64,000 nt of DNA from Malacoraja senta (GCA_038087875.1 CM075988.1:2852001-2916000); one strand, 5' to 3'; numbered from the stretch's first letter, positions 51,040 through 63,386 are shown. Made by a program: numbers and translations. The notes: a model not told the origin generated them from the letters alone.

Positions 51040-51520
51040 GCCTGCATTGTGCACTGCTCTTACATGGAGTGTGTGAGGTTGCAGCCCCGTTCCAATATCT
51101 AAAGGGCTGTTCTTTGCCTTCTGGCTGAACATCACACACACCATCCTCATCTTTGGACACCCTGTGCGTAGGGGAGAGGGTAAGGCCTAAGATGACCTGG
51201 TTGGGTTGCTCCTGGGCCTGGCCAAGCTGGCCATCCACGAGTCACGGTGCCAGGCGGAAGAGGGCTCTGCCCGAGTCGGCTGCCATTCCCTTTTCCGGGA
51301 TTATGTCTGCTCTCGATTGGTACCAAACCGGGACTACGCGCTGTCCACGGGCGCTCTGGGGGATTTCCGGGACTGCTGGGTGCTGCGGGGGGTGGAATGT
51401 ATCGTTGACAAGGATTGTAATATAGTTGTTTCATACTCAGTATATTTGATATTTAAGAATTGTTCTATGGTGGTGGGTTTGTTGGTATTGTTTTTGTACT
51501 GTGCATTGTTTATTGCCCTG
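51040..51520 (+). mobile_element. Tx1-type LINE C-terminal fragment
   Basis: ILIFGHPVRRG...LLLGLAKLAIHESR...LFRDYVCSRL...FRDCW. Confidence 0.75.
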
Positions 51521-51556
51521 TGCCTGCATGGTGCACTGCTCTCTGCTGCATCTAAT

Positions 51557-51976
51557 AGACCCCATCACACACAGACCCCATCACACACAGACCTCATCAC
51601 ATACAGACTCCATCACATACAGACCCCATCACACACAGACCCCATCACATACAGACCCCATCACATACAGACCCCATCACACACAGACCCCATCACACAC
51701 AGACCCCATCACACACAGACCCCATCACACACAGACCCCATCACACACAGACCCCATCACACACAGACCCCATCACACACAGACCCCATCACACACAGAC
51801 CCCATCACACACAGACCCCATCACATACAGACCCCATCACATACAGACTCCATCACATACAGACTCCATCACACACAGACCCCATCACACACAGACCCCA
51901 TCACACACAGACCCCATCACACACAGACCCCATCACATACAGAATCCATCACACACAGACCATCACATACAGACCC
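51557..51976. repeat. 16-bp minisatellite (AGACCCCATCACA[C/T]AC), about 26 units
   Basis: Direct reading. Confidence 0.97.
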
Positions 51977-52564
51977 TAGTCTGATCAAAACTCACCGACT
52001 TGCAACTTTAACTCAGATTTCTCCTTCTTTAATCAGATACTATGTTCAAGAAGGAACTGCAGATGCTGGAAAATCGAAGGTAGACCAAATTGCTGGAGAA
52101 ACTCAGCGGGGGCGGCAGCATCTATGGAGCGAAGGAAATAGGGTACTACCTGACCGCCTGAGAGTTTCCGGCACTTTCTGATCTTTTTCAGATATTCAGC
52201 TTCTGCATATTTTTTTAAATCTTGATATAACTAACGCGTGGCTGTGTGCCTCAGCGCTGATCGTGGTTGATGGAAGGAGCAGGTGTTACTGTGGAAGTTT
52301 GGCCGGTTTATTATCCATCCTAGCTCAAATATCACCTCTCCCGCATTTATTCAACATTGGAAGCCAATTGTGGCTCTAAACGGAGATTAGGGATTAAATA
52401 AAATTTTATTTCTGCAGGAAACAGGGAAATCATTTCAATTCAGATCCTTTTTCCAGTCTGAATATTTATACTGGGCAGTTGTCTCTTATGCTCAAATGTT
52501 GTAAAGGATACTGTGAACCATCAACTATTGGCAGATCAGAAACAAGCACTGGGGAAGTCAGTCC

Positions 52565-52700
52565 TAGTCTGAAGAAGGGTCTCGACCCGAAACGTCACCC
52601 ATTCCTTCTCTCCAGAGATGCTGCCTGTCCCGCTGAGTTACTCCAGCTTTTTGTGTCTATCTTCGGTGTAAACCAGCATCTGCAGTTCCTTCCTACACAT
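52565..52700 (+). ncRNA. Solo Penelope terminal repeat containing a minimal hammerhead-ribozyme-like core (best-preserved copy in the window)
   Basis: CTGAAGA (52569-52575), A, GGGT-CTCG-ACCC stem-loop, GAAAC, GTC; helix I only ~2 bp in the monomer. Confidence 0.55.
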
Positions 52701-53019
52701 TTTGTAATGCACCTATTCATTATTGTGAACAAAACTCATGCGTATATATTCATGTGTGCATACTATTTTACAAAGTTAAAATAATAATATCTGCCCTCTA
52801 ATTCGTAGCTCATTCTCAGCTTCCTATTCACACACATCCGCACCAATTAACTCAGAGCATCATATTTTGTTCTGAAGGAGGCAATTGCTGCTCATTGAGT
52901 AAGAACAAAGATACTTTTTTTTTAGGTGGATGATTCAGGCAATCAGGTATTGGGAAAATGACTAAGAAAAATGGAAATTTCTAGAATTTAATAAAGGGTT
53001 GAGAAATAGTTCTCTCTAT

Positions 53020-53670
53020 ACCTTGACCTCTTCCCTCAACTCCATCCAAGGAACCTGCCAGTTTTTACAGGTGAGGCAGAGGTTCACTTACATCTGCTCC
53101 AACCTCATCTACTGCATCCGCTGTTCCAGGTGTGGACTCCTGTTTATCGGCGAGACCAAGCGCAGGCTCGGCGATTGTTTCACTGAACACCTTCGCTCAG
53201 TCTGTCTAAACCTACTTGATCTCCCGGTTGCTAAACACTTTAACTCCTCTTCTCATCCCAATAGTGACCTTTCTGTCCTAGGCCTCCTCCGTTGACAGTG
53301 TGAGCCCCAACGCAGATTGGAGGAACAGCACCTCATATTTCGCTTGGGCAGCTTACACAAATATTGACTTCTCTTACTTCAAGTAACCCTTGCTTTCCCC
53401 TCTCTCCATTCCTCCCCATTCCCAGTTCTTCGATCAGTCTGTCTCTCCCCCTGATTACATTTTATATTGTGTACTTCGTTGTCACCGTCTCCTAGCTAAG
53501 AATGATCTACTCTACATTTTCCTTCAACTTCATCCCCTTTGATCACTCATTCTCACACCTTTCCCCTCCTTATCTCTGTGTCTCACTCACGACCCGGAAC
53601 GTCACCTGCTCCTTTTCTCCAGAGATTCAATCTGACCCGCTGGGTTACTCCAGCTTTTTGTGTCTATCTT
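53020..53670 (+). mobile_element. Penelope 3' fragment (GIY-YIG + terminal repeat)
   Basis: [35 protein letters not shown]...PVAKHFN. Confidence 0.92.
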
Positions 53671-53779
53671 CTGAGAATTAGTTCAGTTTTGTTTATTGTC
53701 ACGTACAGTGAAAAGCTTTTGCTATGATAGACCTAAAGTAAGAGGCACACAGCACCCTGAGCTCTGGAATGTGAGCTTA

Positions 53780-54060
53780 GAAATGTCTATGATGAATACG
53801 GGCGGTTGGGCTATCCACTACGCATTTGGAAGGCAACGGTTTATTATCAATCAGCCGGACCACTTCCGGACCCCCTGCCCCAAACATTAAGATGCATAGT
53901 GAAACGCAGGAGGCAGTGATTCACTTCTCCGACCTTGGGAGCGGGTTCTTGGTGAAGAAATTGCTGATGAAATGTACCATTGTCGGTAAAGAGCCAGCAC
54001 AGCCTTTGGGCCTCTGAGGACGAGTGTTTGAGCAAGATCTCTATCCTGGCACTACCCTCC
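53780..54060 (+). pseudogene. Ancient RTE-type LINE fragment
   Basis: HFSDLGS...ADEMYH...ASTAFGPLR across frameshifts, resembling the F-x-YLGS...DEI...AS-x-AFG-x-L RT thumb pattern. Confidence 0.5.
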
Positions 54061-54134
54061 TGCGTGTTTCAGAGACATCACTGCCCACAGCAGGCATCTC
54101 AACACTCTGGGGACAGACTGCTGGGTCACGTTCA

Positions 54135-54598
54135 TAAGTGATAGGAGCAGAATTAGGCCATTTGGCCCATCAAGTCTACTTGGCCATTCAATCATGGCTG
54201 ATTTATTTCTCCCTCCTAACCCCATTCTCCTGCCTTCTCCTAATAACCCCTGACACCTGTAATCACGAATCGATCTATCTCTGTCTTAAAACATATCAAT
54301 TGACTTGGCCTCCACAGACTTCTGTGGCCAAGAACTCCACAGATTCACCACCCTCTGACTAAAGAAATTCCTTCTCATCTTCCTAAAGAAATGCCATTTA
54401 ATTCTGAGGCTATGACCTCTTGTCCTAGACTCTCCCACAAGTGGAAATATCCCTCCACATCCACTCTATCCAAGCCTTGCACTATTTGGTACGTTTCAAT
54501 TAGGTCGCCCCTCATCCTTCTAAACTTCAGCGAGTCCAGGCCCAGTGCCGTCAAACGCTCATCATAGTTTAACCCATTCATTCCTTGGATTATTCTTG
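54135..54598 (-). mobile_element. CR1 3' fragment
   Basis: IIQGMNGLNYDERLTALGLDSLKFRRMRGDLIETY. Confidence 0.9.
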
Positions 54599-54732
54599 TG
54601 GCTCGTGGTGAGCTCACACATTCCCACCCTAATGAGCTAAGTTGGAGAATCGGGACTGTATCCTAACTTATGGAAGGACTGTTCAGAAGTCTGACAACAG
54701 AGAGTTTTAGACTTTATTTAGTTTTAGTTTTA

Positions 54733-57126
54733 TTTTTTTTATTTTTTTTTAATTAATATTTTTTTATTGGAGATGCGTACACAACCTAGTTACATCATTA
54801 CAGTCTTACAGTCTTACATTTTTAAATTGATAATATTGTTAAATATTATTACAATGTCTCCAATACTTTTTGCTTTTTTTTTTAAACTAAATAGAACTAA
54901 AGAGAAAGATGAAGTAAAGAAAGAAAAGAAAGAGAAGAGAAGAAAAAAAAAAATAATAATAATAAAAAAAAAAATTAAAAAAAAATTGAGAAAAGATAGT
55001 TAAAGGAGAATGGAAAAATTTATTAAAATAGAAAACTTCATTCGAGATATATTCGTACATTTCTAGATATAGCATTTCATCCATTCTTTAGCCCGGGTGT
55101 TAGTCAGGTTCCTGTGCTGAACTGTTCTGACCCTTTAGGTAATCAATAAAAGGAGACCATGTTCCAATGAATAATTCCTGTTTGTCCAACAGGGAGAGTC
55201 TGATTCTTTCCACGTTTAAGGTCTCCGTCATTTCTATAATCCACATTTTGATTGTGGGGGTCGTAGGGCCTTTCCAAAATTTTAGAATTAATTTTTTTCC
55301 TGTTATTAAACTATAATCAATAAAGTTTCTTTGTGTTGTTCTAAATGTTTGATTTAATTCTAATATTCCAAGTATTATTAATTTTGGATCTGGGTCCAAT
55401 TGTGTGCTGGTTACTTTAGATATTATACTGAAAATATTTACCCAGAATTGTTTAATTTTTATACAGTTTGCAAACATATGAGATAAGGTAGCTTCTAAAT
55501 GTTGACATTTATCACATATAGGTGAGATATGTTGAAAAATTTTATGTAGTTTTGTTTTGGAATAATGTAACCTATGTATTACTTTAAATTGTATTAGAGA
55601 ATGTCTGGCGTTTAATGAACATTGATGTATGTGTTGCAAACTTTCTTCCCAAGTATCTTTCGTTATTATTTGATTTAATTCTTTTTCCCATGTTTGTCTG
55701 TGTAAGTCCGTCGATGGAATGTCACTGTCTAATAAGATATTATATATATAAGATATTAATTTTTCTGTATTAGGATGTTTGTTCCAACATTCATCAAGAA
55801 TTTCTGAATTTCTAATTCTAAAATTTTGAGTATTTGATTTTACGTAATCTCTAAGTTGAAGATATCTGAAGTAATCATTTCCTCAAAGTCCGTAAGTCTG
55901 TTGCAACTCCTGAAATGTCAGAAAAGTGCCTTCCTTGTAAAGTTGTCCCATATTTTTAATTCCATAATTCTTCCATTGTGTAAAACCCCCGTCCAACCAT
56001 GAAGGCTTAAACAAAGAGTTATTCACAATTGGAAGAAAAAGTGATAAATTATCTAATTTTAATGTCTTTTTTAATTGTTTCCAAATTCGTATAGCACTAA
56101 ATATTATAGGGTTTTCCCTATAAATTTTTTTGTTTAATTTAGACGTAGCAAATAAAATCGAACCGATATCAAAAGGTAAACAATCTTCCTTTTCCATTTT
56201 TAACCAGTCTGGTTGATGATCTATTTCTTCCAACCAGAAATTCATATTTTTAATATTAACTGCCCAGAAATAAAACAAAAAGTTGGGTAAAACCAAGCCT
56301 CCATTTATTTTTGATTTACACAAATGTCTTTTGTTTATCCTATGATTCTTATAATCCCAGATGAAATCATTAACAATAGAGTCCAGTTTTTTAAAAAAGG
56401 TTTTTGCCAGATATATCGGTAATGTCTGAAACAGGTATAATATTTGCGGTAAAAAAATCATTTTTATGGCATTAATTTTGCCTACCATTGAGATAGGAAG
56501 TGTTTTCCAGTATTGAATATTCTTATGTAGTTTATTTAGTAATGGTGGAAAATTTGCTTTAAATAATGATGTATATTTCTTAGTTATATAAATACCTAGA
56601 TATTTAAATTTTTCCTTTACTATTTTAAATGGATATTGTTGTATTATCTGTTTGTTATGTTCCCTTATTGGCATAATTTCACTTTTATTCCAATTTATTC
56701 TGTATCCTGAAAGTGAACCAAATTGGGTTATTAGCTTTAATAAGTTTGGAATACTAATTTCTGGTTTTGTAATATAAATTAATACATCATCTGCATATAG
56801 AGAAATCTTATTCACTGTGTCCTTTGTGTTATATCCGTGTATTTCCGGATGCCCCCTGACTCTTTCTGCAAGTGGCTCAATAGCAAGCGCAAATAATAAT
56901 GGAGATAACGGGCATCCTTGTCTACAACCTCTAGATAGACTAAATTTAGATGACAACCTTTGGTTTGTAAATATTCTAGCCGTGGGATTTGTATATAACA
57001 GTTTTATCCATGTACAGAATTTCTCCCCTAACTGCATATTTTCCATCACCGAAAATAAATAAGACCATTCGACCTGATCAAATGCTTTTTCAGCGTCAAG
57101 TGAGATTATTGCTAGATCTTCATTAA
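54733..57126 (-). mobile_element. Young L1-clade LINE, 5'-truncated within RT (~2.4 kb)
   Basis: ISLDAEKAFD, RGCRQGCPLSPLLF, ISLYADDVL, FKYLGI and C-terminal CDKC..H...C; poly(A) tail; 14-bp TSD tagttttagtttta (54719-54732 and 57127-57140); ORFs 55883.. and 55100.. are in frame, separated by one TGA. Confidence 0.95.
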
Positions 57127-57127
57127 T

Positions 57128-57550
57128 AGTTTTAGTTTTAGATACAGCACGGAAACAGGCCCTTTGGCCCACCATGTCCGCGTCGACCAGCGATCCCCGT
57201 ACACTACCACTATCCTACACACTAGGGACAATTTACAATTTTTACCAAGCTAATTAAGGCTTTACTTTGCACTTTAGAGATAGAGTGTGGAAAAAGGCAA
57301 TTTGGTCCACCGAGTCTGCACCAATCAATGATCACTCTGTACAGCAACACTATCCTACACATACAAGAGACAGTTTACAATTTACAGAAGCCATAAACCT
57401 ACAAACTTGTACGTCTTTGACGTGGGAAGAAACCGAAGCACCCAGGTCACGGGGAGAACGTACAAATCCATACAGACAGCACCCATAGTCAGGATCGAAC
57501 CCGAGTCACTGGTACTGTAAGGCAGCAACTCTATCGCTGCGCCACCGAGC
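57128..57550 (-). mobile_element. Two tandem HE1/V-SINE-type copies (one partial, one near full-length)
   Basis: Two successive tail + body blocks starting at ~57128 and ~57265. Confidence 0.85.
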
Positions 57551-58059
57551 CACCAGAAGAACATTTCAAGCCAATGTATTTTCTGCCCGATGGGAGCGGG
57601 GAAATAAAGGAATGATCTGGGTGGGAAAGGTCTTTGATTATGTTGGGTGTTTTCCTGAGGCAGCGTGGTGTTGATGGAGTCAATGATGGGGACTCTGGTC
57701 TGTGTGATGGACTGGACTATATCCACAACTCCAAGCCAGTCTGTAATGCTCAATGTTTAAACAGCGGTGGAAGTGTAGCAATGTTGGAGGAGCCACAAGG
57801 GTTTAACAGGTGACTGCCCTTCTTTAGGAATTTTCTCCTCTGTCGTTGGTCCAGTTTCTAATGGATGAGTGGAGCAGTTACCACAAAGACGGCTAGGTGC
57901 CTAAAGTCACAACCGGCCCCAACTCCCACATTGCCAGTAACACAGCAAACCGCAAAGTACCGGGTGAACTTAGCGGGTCAGGCAACATCAGTGGAGGTAA
58001 TAGTCGGGATTCATTTTGGGTCTGGACCCTTCTTCAGTCGGACAGAAGGGGAGCTCCTG

Positions 58060-58594
58060 GTGATCTCTGCTGGCGTGGAGCCAGTCAAGTCCAGACCTGG
58101 CTGGCGGCTGCTGCAAACAGGCCTGAACCCGGCGGCCCAAATGACCAGCGAGAACGAGGACAAAGACCGACGAAAACAAGGACAGCCCGGCGGCCAATGA
58201 GAATGAAGACTCTACGGCCACTGAGTTTGAAGATCCAATGGCGACGTACGGAGGAAGCTCAGAGCCCTAAAGAAGGGAGAGTGGAGGAGGAGGGAGCGGC
58301 TGGCGATGACGGACATGAGGAGTGGGCCGGTAGGAGAGGATATTGACTCCAGCGCCATCAAGGTCGGCTGCAGGAGGCAACCCTGGATGGCTTGCCTTGC
58401 TTCACCTGGATCGTGGGTGCTGCAAAACCTTCAACACCTGGACTGTGCTTTGCAGTTGGGACTGTTTGTTCTTTCTGTGTTTTTTTTTCTCTTTTTTTTA
58501 AACGGTGCCAAAATAACGGTGACCACGCATTTGTGGGTTGTGCAAAAATAATGTCATTGTGCTGTGTTTACGTGACAACTAATGAACCATTGAA
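58060..58594 (+). mobile_element. Possible second non-autonomous GC-rich element with Rex-like 3' tail
   Basis: GC-rich body ending gtgcaaaaataatgtcattgtgctgtgtttacgtgacaactaa, similar to Rex tails elsewhere in the window; 5' boundary uncertain. Confidence 0.4.
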
Positions 58595-59164
58595 AGGTCA
58601 AGAAAACTGGGAGAAGAGGTGGGGATGGGACAAAGTCTGGTATATGATATTTACCAATATGTATTATTACAGGAGGTGAGCGTTACTGCAAGTCCATTTG
58701 CTGCCCACCCTATTTGCCCTTTGTATGTTATTCCAGGGAGCAATAAGCAGTAATCAATATTGTTGTGAATCTGAAGTCTCAATTAGCCGAGGTAAGTTAG
58801 TCTGAGGATACAAGGAAGTGCAGCTTGTGGAATCTTACATAGAACACAAAATGCTGGTGTAACTCAGCATTTCTGGAGAGAAGGAATGGGTGACGTTTCA
58901 GGTCGAGACCCTTCGACCACCCCCTGCACCCATGCAGAACTCACGGACTTAATTAACTTCACTACTAATTTCCATCCTGCACTCAAATTCACTTGGACCA
59001 TCTCCGACATCTCCCTATCATTTTAAACTCACTCACTCAGCATCTCTGGAGAACAAGGGTAGGTGACATTTTGGGTCGGGGCTCTTCATAGCCCAGGTAT
59101 GGACAGTATAATACCCTCACTCAGGGCACCAGTAGCAGCCTTTTATTTCACATGTAGCTACAGT

Positions 59165-59782
59165 ACATAGAAACATAGAAAATAGGTGCAGGAGGAGGCC
59201 ATTCGGCCCTTCGAGCCAGCATCACCATTCATTGTGATCATGGCTGATTGTCCCCTATCAATAACCCGTGCCTGCCTTCTCCCCATATCCCTTGACTCCA
59301 CTAGCCCCTAGAGCTCTATCTAACTCTCTCTTAAATCCATCCAGTGATTTGGCCTCCACTGCCCTCTGTGGCAGGGAATTCCATGAATTCACAACTCTCT
59401 GGGTGAAAAAGTTTTTTCTCACCTCAGTCTTAAATGACCTCCCCTTTATTCTAAGACTGTGGCCCCTGGTTCTGGACTCGCCCAACATTGGGAACATTTT
59501 TTTTGCATCTAGCTTGTCCAGTCCTTTTATAATTTTATATGTTTCTATAAGATACCCCCTCATCCTTCTAAACTCCAGTGAATACAAGCCTAGTCTTTTG
59601 AATCTTTCCTCATATGACAGTCCCGCCATCCCAGGGATCAATCTCGTGAACCTACGCTGCACTGCCTCAATCACAAGGATGTCCTTCCTCAAATTAGGTG
59701 ACAAAAACTGTACACTACACTCCAGATGTGGTCTCACCAGAGCCCTATATAAATGCAGAAGAACCTCTTTACTCCTATACTG
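59165..59782 (-). mobile_element. CR1 3' fragment with open reading frame
   Basis: YRSKEVLLHLYRALVRPHLECSVQF...FFTQRVVNSWNSLP; (CTATGTTT)n tail. Confidence 0.95.
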
Positions 59783-60286
59783 AAAGTATACTGAAAGTAT
59801 ACTCCCATACTGAAGTACGTAGTTGATGTGACATTTCTCAGCTTCCACAGTCTGCGTTGATCTCTGGCTCACTAGCCCAGGAATCTGAATAGGTAGCAAT
59901 GATTACCATTGGTACAATCATTACATTGGTGTGGTCGCCAACTGGCATGGAAGGGAATTATTATCATATGATATGCAGGCATACTGGGACAAAACAAATC
60001 ACAATATCTTTTCTCAGAGATTTGGCAAAATCTCCAACCTGGGATTCCTTGCTTCTTTATTCGAATAATGAATAATTAATTTATGAAGCAGCTGGATTTT
60101 TACAATTATAAGCTTTCAGCATCATTTTAATTGATGCCAGTGAATATGATTTACACAATTAAATTAAACGTTTTAGATGAATTCTCAAATTGTGAGCTTT
60201 TTGAACAAAGGGGGCTTATTGAACAAAGGGGGCTTATTTCCACCGCTAATTGTCCATGAGAATGGGACAATGGCCTTCTGGTGTAT

Positions 60287-60465
60287 GGCGGCACGGTGGA
60301 GCAGCAGTAGAGTTGATGCCTTGCAGCGCCAGAGACCAGGGTTCAATCCTGACTACGGGTGCTGTCCGTAAGGAGTTTGTACATTCTCTCCGTGACCTGT
60401 GTGGATTTTCTTCGAGATCTTCAGTTTCCTCCCACAGTCCAAAGACGTGCAGGTTTGTAGGTTAA
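60287..60465 (+). mobile_element. 5' part of HE1/V-SINE-type element
   Basis: ggcggcacggtggagcagcagtagag...gggttcaatcc...gtttgtaggttaat. Confidence 0.88.
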
Positions 60466-60498
60466 TGGAGGATGATTTAGGGTTATTCTTGTCACGTA

Positions 60499-62091
60499 AG
60501 GGTGATTCTTCAGTAACTGTCTACTTTGGTGTCCCTCTACTATGATGCTTATATACAGAAATTCCATAATTCTTTCCCATTTCTTCTTTTTCTATATTGT
60601 TAATAAACATAATCCTGATAAATAAAGATGAAACCCTAGATGAATAAAGTGCCATATTTTAAATATTTGTTCCCGATGTTCGATGCCTCCCCCCTCCCCC
60701 CCCCCCCCGGGAAAACCACATGTCCCATTGGTAACGTAAAATTTCCAGTCGGCATATTTATTTGATGGGGGATCTATCTGAAATGAAAATACTCTTAACC
60801 GGTAGGTATTAATAACTTAATTATTTTCACCCTTAAAAATATGCCACTATTCTATATAAAATTATAAATCTTACCGTTTTATTCCAAACATTTCTTGTCC
60901 CGACGATTGGAGTCAGATACCGTCATGCACCTGTGTTGCGCCATCCCTCATGGGTATAAATGGAATAGACGCGCACTTCCTGTCTTAAAAGACCGCAGGA
61001 TTTGAAAGTCACTTACCGTGTGAGTTTGTCCTGCTTTGCGGGACGAGAAGCGTGTCAAAACTCAGGTTTTCGCGGCATAATGGGTGAGTACCTTTAATCA
61101 GCGTCATATCCGAACGCTGTAGAACTTTTAGAAAATCAAAATTGTTTGCACTTTTTTGATTTGCAGTGTAGATAGCAGGGTGCCGTGTGCCATACATACA
61201 AGCGATATCGCCAGGCATCGCCTCCCGGTGAAGCCATGCTGGGCTAAAGGTTTAGGCCGTCATATCCGTAGCTGTCATCTCCGTCACTTAACCCCCAATC
61301 TCCTAGATTCCATCTCCTGCTCCAGCTCCATCTCCAGCTCCAGCTCCATCTCCAGCTCCTCCAGCTTATCTTTTTTGTTGTTTATTTGTGCTCCAGCTCC
61401 ATCTCCAGCTCCAGCTCCATCTCCAGTTCTAGCTCCAGTTCCAGCTCCAGCAACTCCAGCTTATCTTTTTTTTGTTTATTTATTTTATAGCTCCAGCTCC
61501 AGCTCCAGCTCCAGCTCCATCTCCATCTCCAGCTCTATCTATCAATATCCCTATCACTATCTCTATCTCTATATCTATCTCCATCTCCATCTCACCAGTG
61601 TTGAGGAAACACTAATCGCTGTTCATATGTTGCTTCCTGTTCACAACCTTTAACAAACTGTTGGAGCCTTAAGATAGTTTTGATCATCTCTGTCACATGA
61701 CACTCCCAAACTTGATCATCTCCATCAAAGTGGGTCATATCCGTCACATGATTATTTTATGCTCATAATGTGTAAAATAATACAACAATGACCATAATTA
61801 TCAATTGTAATTATGAAATAATGGAGACTGGGACAAAAATTTGATTTTATATTCTTAAATCAGTTATATTTTACAGTGTTGTTCATCATAAAAATGCGAC
61901 GCATGTGACTGAATTCAATAGTCAAAGAAGAGGAAAACATGTATAAAATTCTCTAAAAGATTGTGCCAAACAAATTTTTCCCCTAGTAGAGATGTTCATC
62001 TATGTGAAACACCATTCAAAGTTGCAAAAATTTAAGTTTTATAATCAGGTTTCCAGAAACTCAAAATAGACACTTACTGAAGAATCACCCG
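60499..62091. mobile_element. Non-autonomous TIR DNA transposon (~1.6 kb), superfamily unresolved
   Basis: TIR gggtgattcttcagtaactgtctactttg matches the reverse complement of the right end at 27/29; interrupts a Rex-tail motif gtcacg|ta|taccaag; TSD reads either TA or GTA[A/T]. Confidence 0.85.
61310..61592. repeat. (CTCCAG/CTCCAT/CTCTAT)n hexamer microsatellite inside the TIR element
   Basis: Direct reading; includes a duplicated ctccagcttatctttttt spacer. Confidence 0.9.
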
Positions 62092-62135
62092 TATACCAAG
62101 ATACTGTGGACAACTTTGTTTGCACGCTATCCGAT

Positions 62136-63386
62136 CAACTGCAACTGCAACTTTATTTATATAGCACATTTCATACATGAGGCAGACTCAAAGTGCTTCA
62201 CATAAAAACATGTCATACAATAAAATGAAATAATAAAATGAAATAAAATAGAAGAATTAAAAGAAAATAAAAGCAAAGTTAAAAATGCATTATAGAAAAG
62301 TGCCAAAGTTAAAAGTGCAATGTAGTTAAGATTTAGCTGAAAGCTAAAGTAAACATAAAAGTTTCAGTCTTGTTTTAAAAGTGGTGAAAGTAGGGGCAAG
62401 TCTTAAATCTTCAGGAAGTTTATTCCAGCTATTTGTTGCATAGTAACTAAATCCTGCTTTCCCATGTTTTGTATTTACTCTGGGAATCACTAGCAGATTG
62501 GTCTCAGAAGATCTTAGCGGTCTAGAAGGCTTATATAGTGGAAGCATGTCAGTGATATACTTTGGCCGTAAACCATGTATTGATTTATAGGTGAGCAGCA
62601 GGATTTTGAAATCAATTCTCTGACATACAGGGAGCCAATGTAAGGATTTAAGAATTGGTGTAATGTGTTCAAATTTTTTGGTCTTTGTTAGAACTCTAGC
62701 AACAGCGTTCTGAACAAGCTGTAGCTGCCTGACAGTTTTTTTCGGAAGACCTGCAAGGAGACCGTTACAATAATCTAGCCTACTAGTAATAAAGGCATGT
62801 ACAAGTTTTTCTAAGTCTTGAGCTGACATGAGTCCTCTTAGTCTTGCTACGTTTTTGAGGTGATAGTAGGCCGATTTTGTTACTGATTTGATGTGACTGT
62901 CGAAATGTAAATCTGAATCCATAATAACCCCGAGATTTCTGGCTTTGTTTGAAGTTTTCAGGGACAGAGAGTGAAGGTGTTGGGTTACTTTAAGCCTTTC
63001 TTTTTTAGCACCAAAAACAATTATCTCCGTTTTGTCCTTATTTAGTTGGAGGAAATTTTGGCACATCCAGTCTTTGACTTGCTCAATGCACTGGCACAGC
63101 AGATCTATGGGGCGATAGTCATTTGGTGATAGCGCTACATAGATTTGAGTGTCATCGGCATAGCAGTGGTGATCAATATTATTATTTTGCATGATTTGCC
63201 CTAGTGGGAGCATGTAGATGTTGAATAAAGAGGGCCCTAAGATCGAACCTTGCGGGACTCCACACGTCACGTTGGTTGGTTCTGATACAAAGTCGCCAAT
63301 GGAAACAAAATAGTTCCTATCTTGTAGATATGACCTGAACCAACTTAAGACTGTGCCTGAAAGCCCCACCCATTTTTCCAACCTGT
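62136..63386 (-). mobile_element. L2-clade LINE 3' part, cut by the assembly gap
   Basis: CGVPQGSILGP, HCYADDTQIY, ITSRLDYCNGLL, HITPILKSLHWLPV; (GTTGCA)n tail; ~345 uninterrupted codons. Confidence 0.95.

Noticed and set aside
38182..51976. CRISPR-like arrays
   Set aside because: The tandem repeats have no unique spacers, and the sequence is vertebrate.
51206..52181. His/Thr/Pro-rich ORFs
   Set aside because: Tx1 remnant reading into a 16-bp minisatellite.
52340..52500. Exon around tttctgcaggaaa (acceptor-like on both strands)
   Set aside because: No good matching donor or meaningful reading frame on either strand.
54767..55084. Lys-rich and Phe-rich ORFs
   Set aside because: Low-complexity 3'UTR of the L1 element.
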